Part shown: positions 54,201 to 64,000 of the stretch, piece by piece
Position numbering within the stretch: position 1 is the stretch's first letter
How the letters are laid out: each line of letters starts with the position of its first letter
From: Chrysomallon squamiferum
Lineage: Eukaryota; Animalia; Mollusca
Reading direction: 5' to 3'
Length of the DNA stretch: 64,000 nucleotides
Assembly: GCA_012295275.1 (NCBI GenBank)
Contig: CM022672.1
Location: 26,846,001 to 26,910,000, forward strand
Translations under genes and position numbers: made by a program
Notes under the pieces: generated by a model
Told to the model about the DNA's origin: nothing
Seen by the model: the letters and a program-made list of their open reading frames with translations, nothing else
The model's database searches: none

Positions 54201-55071
54201 AGGTGTTGACTTTTTTGTCTTCTTTTGATGTTATTTTTTCAAAAATCTTCACCTTTCATCACCCTTCAGGTAGAACGTATTAAACATTTTGGCAAAAAAA
54301 CCCGTCATCTTACAAAAAAATTATATTCTTCATTATTCTGCCACCCCAAAGCACATACGTCTTCATAACCATTCATACACACATGCACACAAACATATGC
54401 ATGTATATGCGATGTCATATGTTAATTACATAATATATGCCCGACTCGATAGGTGTTCCAGAACAAGAAAGTTTCAATGCCGGTGATTGGGTTCAAATCC
54501 ATAAATCCATCTCCGTTCAAACCCTAACTGTCAAAATTGTCTTCTTTTTATCTTTTTATCTTGTTTCAAATATCGGCAGGGCTTCGTTCATTTGCAAAGT
54601 AAAATATTATTATTCTGATGTAGAAGCATGTGTTTTAGCAATAACATACGTTTTATTACGGCACTTGTCATACAGCTGTTTGTTTTGCTCAGATAAGTGC
54701 AGTAAATACGCTTCCGTGATTCTGCAGATATGTCTGAAAGTCTAATATCTTCATTTGCCGGCGAATGGAAATCGGAGATATTTAATCTCAAAAAGTGTGA
54801 TCAAATCATTTGGGATATATACTGAGTGACAGGTGCGCGGACAGAAATGACTCTTAATACGATATCGTTTTGCTATGCGAGCGCCGCCGTTCGTCGCGTC
54901 TTTGTGTTGTCAACGCAACGACGTTAAACGCCTTATCAACCAATCAGTCCGTGAAGATTACGGCGCGCTCGGTGAAATAATATTTGACAGTTGTTGCAAT
55001 AAATACAAGCTTTGACATTTGTCTGAGAGCGTAATGATCCGATCTGTTAACATCCGAGCATAAAAGGTAGT

Positions 55072-55107
<36 letters not shown>

Positions 55108-56368
55108 AGAGAGAGTGAGAGAGAATATTTGCCTGAAATAACTTTGAGAAAGAGCAGCGGGAATGGATACGAGTGCAAGCTGGAGTTAAGAGTTTAATGG
55201 TCGGGTATACTTGTACTTATCAGCGTACCAGTAAGACAAATATTTGGGGGAGTGGGGAATGCAGAGAAAGAGAGGCAAGCTCTTTTCTTGTTATTTAAAT
55301 TGTTTCAAGAAGAAAAAGGAGATAGCAACAACATATAAAAAATACACGATATGGCAGAATAAATAAAATTTACTGACATCATGTTGTAAAGTCATTTATT
55401 GTAATTAGACATAATATTATGTGTAAGTAAACATTTGTCTCTTTATATATCATCCATCCATCCATATATATATACACACACACACACACACATATGCACA
55501 TTGTATGCAAACATATATACTTAAACACACGTACGTATATACAGAAATATATTCATACATAATTATACAGAGACAAACAGATACACATTATCATTTATTT
55601 CTATAATAAAATTTAGCTGCTGCTGTGCAGAAAAGGAATCACATACAAATTTAGACAGACTCGTAACATTTGTACAACGAAGAAAAAGCCACTTAATTTC
55701 ATTAAATAATGCTAAGGATAGATATGGAATTTTACATATTTGTATCGATATTGTGCCAGCTTTAATATCAATCGATCACATTCGTATCTTACTTTACATC
55801 AATTAAAGAAAATCGTCTGGAAATTTAATTACTCTGTCAGCTTAATAATTTATTTCTCGGATCGTAACAAATCGTATTTTACTGAAAGATTTATTGGGAG
55901 TGAAATAAAAAAAAAAAAAAAAAAAAAAAATTGATATTTATATAGTAGTTCTTCTTGTCTTATTTTTTCTTAAAGCCACCGTGATAATATTTTGTTCTCA
56001 ATAATCTTTTTCACCTACTAGTATCTCAAACAGATGGCTCATTTCAAATAAGTTATAATTACGATTTAAAGGAGGGAAAAAATAATGCTACTTTAATACT
56101 TTAATTGTATTGTCTAATAATGGTAAATTAAATTCTCCAAGAAATGTGTGTTTAGGAAGGGGGTATCCCGCAATAGACAATATTTCAATAAAAAAATTTA
56201 AATATTTTCTTTTGAAGATTCCTCCCAATACGTTTAAAATTTCACTTATAAATATTAAATAATATCCCCAAATTTATTTTAAAACTTTTTATATAACCAC
56301 TTCAGATATTTACTTCGATATTTTAAACACAATAAAAACTGAAAACATGATTTTGTACATCAGTAAAA

Positions 56369-56438
<70 letters not shown>

Positions 56439-57102
56439 TATAAACAGTAATATATATATATGTTGTGTGTGTGTATATATATATATATATACATATTTCT
56501 GTAATGAAATCCGCCAATTCCGGACTTTCATTACTCCTAATGCATGTACTTACAAGCAATGTATTATTCATCAAAGCTTTTTGTAAAATTGCTCCTTTCT
56601 TACAAAATTACGGCTTCCGAATCAATAAAGAATTTTCATCTCATTCTGTGTTGCTTTAGTGCCACATACAAATAAATCTCAATCACTGCAGAGCCGTTTA
56701 CGTAATCTTCCGTCGAGCGGCAGTCGAATAATTTTCCCAAGGATAATAAATTCGTTTCGGAAAATTTTCAATACCGCTAAATTGCTTACGAAGAAGTGTT
56801 TATGAAAATTCAGATGTCTTTGAGAAATGGCGGGCATAATTTAACATAAACTTATTATGACTGGTGGTTTAATAAACATAAAACAATAAGTGTATTGACT
56901 GTACAGCAGATAATGGGAACCAGTAACTCGGTTCCGGTGTATTTTGAATGGACGTGTTCGAGCGTGCTCTGCGAGTCAGTTTGAGAATGAAGTGGTATGT
57001 GTAAAAGTCTATAATGTGCTTCATTTGTTTTACACTCCAGCTCCGTTCTTCGAATGTGTATATATATACACACATATATGCATACATACATACATACATA
57101 CA

Positions 57103-57193
<91 letters not shown>

Positions 57194-57552
57194 AATAACA
57201 ATCTATATATGAATTGTTTGGAAAAGGGTAGCGCACGTGCGTGTGATTCTGTTAATCATTTTTAAAAATGTTATTTTTTAGATGCATATAGTATTATTGA
57301 CTTCAGTATTTAATTTTTGTATTGTATTCATTTATTCTTTCATTCATTTAGCATATAATTCATTATTTATTGAAATATTTAAAGAATATAACCTTTTTTG
57401 TTTGTTTTGGAGAAATGATTAAAAATCGAGATTCCAAGGCACGTCCTTTCACCTGTCTTATAATTCTGAAATAAACTGTCATTTCTTTCCATTTGTGCCT
57501 GTTTGTCGGTAAACAAAACAGGAGATATCAATATATATATATATATATAACA

Positions 57553-57605
<53 letters not shown>

Positions 57606-57693
57606 AAAAAAATAAAATAAAACAAATAAAAACCACGATTCGGATCTAAAAATTCGATAAAAGTATTTTTTCACTGCATATAAACAACGATAT

Positions 57694-57761
<68 letters not shown>

Positions 57762-58101
57762 TATTATTATTATTATTATTATTAGCTGTTTTTGTTGTTA
57801 TTTGATATGGACTAGGCGAACTGGTTTTAACCTTGTAATTAATTATGTAATGGAAGAATTATTCTTGTAAACACACCACATACAAGACAGATGACAAAAT
57901 TCAGCAATAAATCCGTGTACTAATGCATGCACACGTGTGTACATAAATTTATTCTGGCACAGATGTGTACAAATCGGCTTAATTTTCTTGTTAATATAAC
58001 CGATTCCAGTCCGGGACAACCGATCATGAAATAGTATATCCGGTTGTTACATACCAAATGAGACTAAGTTGAAACGTGATGTCTCTTTCAATTTTATTAC
58101 T

Positions 58102-58177
<76 letters not shown>

Positions 58178-61100
58178 CCTTAAACAGAAGTGTTAAAAAG
58201 AAATAAAATTTTAATAAAAAGAAGAAAAGAAAAGAAATTAAGACAATAATTCAAGGAATATATAATAAGAAAAAAAAAAAAAACAAGAAGTAAAAAGTTT
58301 ACTAAAGAACAGAAACATCAATACCTTTTAGTGTTCAGAAAAAGGGTCAACAAACTGTATAATATATTGAAATTTATATCACTGAGACAGTGTACGGTCT
58401 GAGTACAGTATTTAGACAGTAAAGAAATAGAAATTAATCAGCCAGTCACTTAACAAGATTGCCTGACCCTTTAGGTTAAATAGCCAAACTGAAAGCTTTT
58501 AAAACATTGCCGAACAAAACGGTACATACAGAGGGCCTGTTAGGCCACTACCTTTTAATCAATCAACCACATGTTTTTAGCAACGCGGAGAGATACTCAA
58601 GTAATGATTGATGGTTGTGGCCGCACGACGAACCAAACCGGAAGACCTTACGCACAAACCGTATGAGCAACCGGTCCGCCATTATTGAAGACAAGTGTCT
58701 GCTGAGAAACCAAACACACTGACTGCTTGAAACGAAAATAATCTCCGCTGTTTGGGGAGAAAGATGAGCTGGGTCACGTAAGGTCACAGACAAGCCCGAG
58801 GTCGGATTGGAAAAAAAAAAAAAAAAAAAAAAATGACGCCCTTTCAAACAAAACAGGAAATGAATTAATGTAAATAATTTCTTTTTTTTTTTTTTTTTTT
58901 TTTTTTAATCTCGCAAGTGACAAATTACCATAGCGATTTTTAAATTTTAAAATTCCTTTTTGAAATTGTATTTATTCAAGAGCATAAAAATCGTTGTCCA
59001 TAATAATTTAAATGCAAATATGAATATGCTGAAGCAAAGTGAATAGACCGCTCAGCCGATGTACCATAAAAAAAAAAAAGAAAAAAGTTATTTTCCCGTT
59101 ATGGCCAGTGCTCCATGACTGATGTATCAAAAACAATAATAAGTGTTTTTAGTTTTCTGAGATAAGAAAGAAATTCAGTATAACATCTGCGTATTTTTGT
59201 TTTCTTTTTTCTTACTTACTTTCTTTCTTTCTTTTTATTTTTTCTTGTGAATACTCATTTTGATGTTACTACAGAAAATTATTGTTTCCTTAGCCTACAG
59301 TTTGTTTTACATAGAGGTTATTAATCTGATTTTCATAATCCACGAACAAACAGAATAAATTATTATTAAACCATTTTCTTTGCTCAGAAGTTTCGTACTG
59401 TTAAAATAAAATTCAAATTAAAATTAAAATGATGTTTGTTATTTCGTTTTAATCTGATTGCATCGAAGCTGAGAAAGAATTTTGTAATAAATGAAAACGT
59501 ATTAATTAGAATAATCTATTAGGAAGAAGGTTGATATTTTAAATTGCATTTGCCATTATAAAATTACCATTACTACTATTATTACCATTACTGCTACTAT
59601 TACTACTTCCATTACTGCTGCTACTACTATTGCGATTACCACTACTAATACTAATATTGCTATTACTGTCATTAGTACTATAATAATAACAAGTATATCT
59701 ACGACTACTAGTACTACCTTTACTATCAAAACAATAAAAAGAAACAAAAAACAACAAAACAAGCGCAAGTATTGATGCTACCACCATCTTACGCGCGCGC
59801 GCGCACTCACACACGCACACACACACACAGAAACATAGGTACCCCCAATATATACATAAATAAATACATACATCCAAAATAAAAACAATTACTATTATCA
59901 TTACAGTAACAACTACTATTCCTATTATTATTATTACTATTAGGCCTATTCCTATTATTATTATTGCTGTTCTTGTTGTTGTTGTTGTTGTTGTTGCTGG
60001 TGCTGCTGCTCTTGTTGTTGCTGTCGTTTTATTATAATTACTATTATGAACCGCGCAACAGATTTCGCGGACTTAATTTAAGCAAGGAATGTCAAATACA
60101 GCCACTTTCCGTCTGTGAAGTAATAAGCATACATTTCAGTTCCATTCACTGCCGGATTAAGCTGCGAGGCAAACGTGATGACAAACCCATAGTGATCACA
60201 CGTGACTGGCGTGATTACGTATCACGCGAAGGATTTATCTGAATAATTTCAAGGATAAAGGCGAAGAGATTAGCCGCTGTAAGATGAAAGGAGTCAATAG
60301 ACACATTTCTGAAGTACCATATGTCTTCAGCAATTTCCCTTACAGCCTGCACATTTTACACACACTACTTTATTATGATTTGTATTTATCCGTCATTTCA
60401 CATAATCTTTGCTAAGTATAAAGTTTTGACGACAAAATAACAAGCCCCCGCACCAAACAAAAAATGCATAGAAACTCCAATTCTTTCATGTTTAGAGACA
60501 TCACCTACAGACATATACAAAACAAGACTTTACAGACTGATAAATAAGCTATTATTTATTTGTTTGTAGTTGTCTATAATTTATAATTAATATATTTTCT
60601 TTCAGTCTGTATAATCTTTTTTTGTTTTTTTGTTGAGTGTGTCATTATTTTTAGGGATTTGTGTTTTTAATATGTTTTTGTGTGTGTTGTTGTTATTTTA
60701 TTTTATTTTATTTTATTTTTTATTATTATTATTTTTTTATTTATGTATTTATTTATTTGTTTGTTTGTTTGTTTGTTGTTGCTGGCTTAGAAGGTTCCTT
60801 GTCCTTTTTTTAATTATTATTAGAAAGGAACTTTAAAAAAAAAGATTTTTGTAAACATATTTTCATTGGAATAAACAATATAGCAATATCTAACCACAAA
60901 ATCTATTACTGCTTATATGTAATCACTTGTATTTATTTTAAATAATCAAACATCTTTTACTGTGTTTTTCTCTATTTTTAATAGAGTGTGAATCTCGGTC
61001 TGTGTGTTTTACCTGTTTCTTTTCAGTCGTTTTGATGAAACTGTAACTTACAAAGTAGCGGTACAATCACTAGAGGCTCTCTAGTTCTGATAAAAACAAT

Positions 61101-61296
61101 TTTATATAATGTCTTCAAACACAGAAAGAAGAATCACAGTGGCAAAAATGTTATTTCACAGTGACACTTAGTTACTGTAATTATTAGATCTGTATATGAA
61201 TATTAACAATAATTACAGCAAAAACAAAAATAGTCCTCCGTATGTTATAATAATAATAATAATAATAATATTATAATAATAATAATAATAATAATA

Positions 61297-61341
<45 letters not shown>

Positions 61342-61692
61342 CTAATAGTAGTAGTAATAGTGATAGTAGTATTAGTAGTAGTTGCAGTAGTTGTAGGAGT
61401 AGCAGCAATAGCAGCAGTAGTAATAACATATGAACGATATGTATTTGGATTAAATGTTGGTACCACCAAGCACTAAAAGTACAAAATAAATCCGTTCATG
61501 GACAAAACACCACACCTTCTGTTACCTTGAAAAGGTGAGAGGAGAGTGAAGAATGAAGTGCTGTGAACACATAATTAGATTTGTCCCAGCTGCAAGATTC
61601 ATTACGAATTCCGAATATCGTTTAATCTGCTCTTAAACGTGTTATGACCAAGTTTCAATATATCCGGCTTAACACAGATGGTATAGGATGTA

Positions 61693-61904
<212 letters not shown>

Positions 61905-64000
61905 GCTTCAAGCTTCATTAGAAGACACCTTCTGTGACAGACAAATTGATTTTCATATTTTTTTCATTTCGTTTGCAGAGTGCCCGGAGCATAATAAACA
62001 GTCTTCAGTGGTTTGTGCCAGATTATCCGTGTTTGAAAATTAATCTGACAGCTTTTGTACCGGTTACTGATAGTGTAAATAATAAATGAATCATCAGTCG
62101 ATGTTTGCAGATTTCCTAATGCAAAAAGATTATAGGCTTTTAACATGTCAAACGTATGAACTTTCTTAAAGAGTACGAGAATAAACTTGTTGTCATTAAG
62201 CACCAAATGATCTTTCTTACTACCTTCTCTAAGGCAGGAAAATACGTAACAGCCGTGGAGAATTGACTGGAACGGAAAATAAACAAATATAATCATTAGT
62301 TTTGTAGTAATAATAGTTGTAGTTGACGTAGTTGACGTAGCAGCAGCGTCAGACACAGGTGTAGTGGCAGTAACAGAGACGAAGAAATAAATGCAGCGAA
62401 GTCGAAGAATAAAACTGACGTATTTGATCTGGGAATATGGAAAGGTGACATCCCTCAACATTTAGGATCTTTACTACAACAAACAAAAGCAACAACAACA
62501 ACAAAATGAAACAACAGTCAAATATATAACAAATAAACTATAAAAACAAACAAAAAACAACTCAGAATAACACTGTACATTTTATTTACAGTTTCATTTC
62601 TTTATAAGTTGGCCATTCTAACATAACGGTTTTACATTTGACTCTAAGTGTTATGACTGTAAAAATCTACAGATTCACATTCATCGTTAACTTGTAAAAC
62701 CTATGTACAAAATGACCAAAGCACACCAAACTGAACTCTACAGACTGTCTGAATGAAAACACTGCAGAGTGGACAACATACACACATCAACAAAAGTAAC
62801 GCACAAGCGAGAGGGAACAAAAGAATACTGCAGTGATGACATTCATAAATTCATCGTTATCAATTAGAGAGAGAGAGATGTTACAGTTAAAACATCAAGA
62901 TGAACAACAGAGAACGTGTTTATTAAACCATTTTACATTCAAGGCGTGTTCAATATAAATTTTATTTTATTTTACCGTTGTTTATGACGTCACTGTCGTT
63001 GTGACCTGTCTATAATTTCGTAATGATCATCATTTCTTTCTACATCTACTCTAGAAATGTAAGTCGCACGGAATCATCGTTCAGTCAGAAAAGGATGTGA
63101 CGTCATAGTCATCTTTATTACACTTGAATACAAACAGTTTCATAAACACGGACTTTTGCCGAGAATACATTAACCCTAACCATTCAAACTGTTTCCACTA
63201 AAAAATAAAATATAAAAATATAAAATAAAAGAAATAATGGTTAAAAAAATTTAATAAAATGAAAAATAAGAATTGTGCTCTGTGTTGGGATACTATTTAT
63301 ATCTTGCCTTCCTCCACCGGGATGGTACATGATACTACATTATACATGTACATATATGACACGACCCGACACTACCCGAATCTTTCTTAATATTATCTTG
63401 TGAAAAATCCTATAATTATTTCTATTTTTTAATAGACAATGTCAGTGCTATATCATAATCTTGCAGTATTTTACTTAACGTTACTAAGTACTAGTCCAGA
63501 ACATCGTAAATGAACTTGTATTTGGATCTCAATTCGGTTTTTTGTTGTTGTTTTTTCTCCTTTTATTCACGATTTATTTCGCGACTTTAAACTGTGTTAC
63601 ATGAGTCTTGTCTATATGTGTTACCGTTACGTAGGTGCTATGAATAGTAACTATGTAGACAATCAGATGTAGAGAAAGCACATAATCTGTTGTAGAGGTG
63701 AGTTTCGGCTCGACACCGCTGGGAAATGCATTCCGTTCATTAAAAAGCAGCAGACAGGATCACGGATCGTGGTTCATCGCAAGGTCAGAGCACATTTACG
63801 TCCGTGTTATTTTAACGAACAATAATAATATCAATATTTCCATTAGAAACGCATTATCGTATTGACTAGTACTTTCAATCCGCTCGACTTATACATAATT
63901 AATTAACAATTAGTGAGGTGATATCTGATCTACCAGGGCCAAATGTACTCAAGCTGTGTTGTATTCATAGTGCAAATTATAAAGAGGCCTTTTATTTAGT

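Noticed and set aside
63484-63500. CTAAGTACTAGT, resembling the 5' part of miR-252
   Set aside because: The match stops after 12 nt and I see no convincing precursor hairpin.

Overview
This is AT-rich, microsatellite-dense animal (eukaryotic) genomic DNA. A mollusc or other lophotrochozoan origin is my inference only. The one supportable protein-coding gene is a complete 11-exon copper type II ascorbate-dependent monooxygenase (DBH/MOXD1-like) on the minus strand, CDS 10589->1755. I reconstructed it by hand with GT-AG boundaries and consistent phases: about 580 aa, with a signal peptide, a DOMON domain and all six copper ligands. Its introns carry two hAT (Charlie/Buster-type) DNA transposon relics. 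Its last intron begins with a 17-copy 61-bp tandem array that multiplies the exon-10 splice donor; each unit also carries a branch-point-like motif, an AG, an in-frame stop and AATAAA. The remaining ~53 kb has no convincing gene. It holds a tRNA-derived SINE, an 8.1-kb layered 17-bp satellite, several degenerate minisatellites and GC-richer islands that look regulatory. Two of these islands, 23 kb apart, share a 44-bp octamer + ZNF143/Staf-like + homeobox composite motif. There are no prokaryotic features or CRISPR array. I found no evidence for a new multi-gene system; the best candidates for novelty are the splice-site array and the duplicated composite motif.
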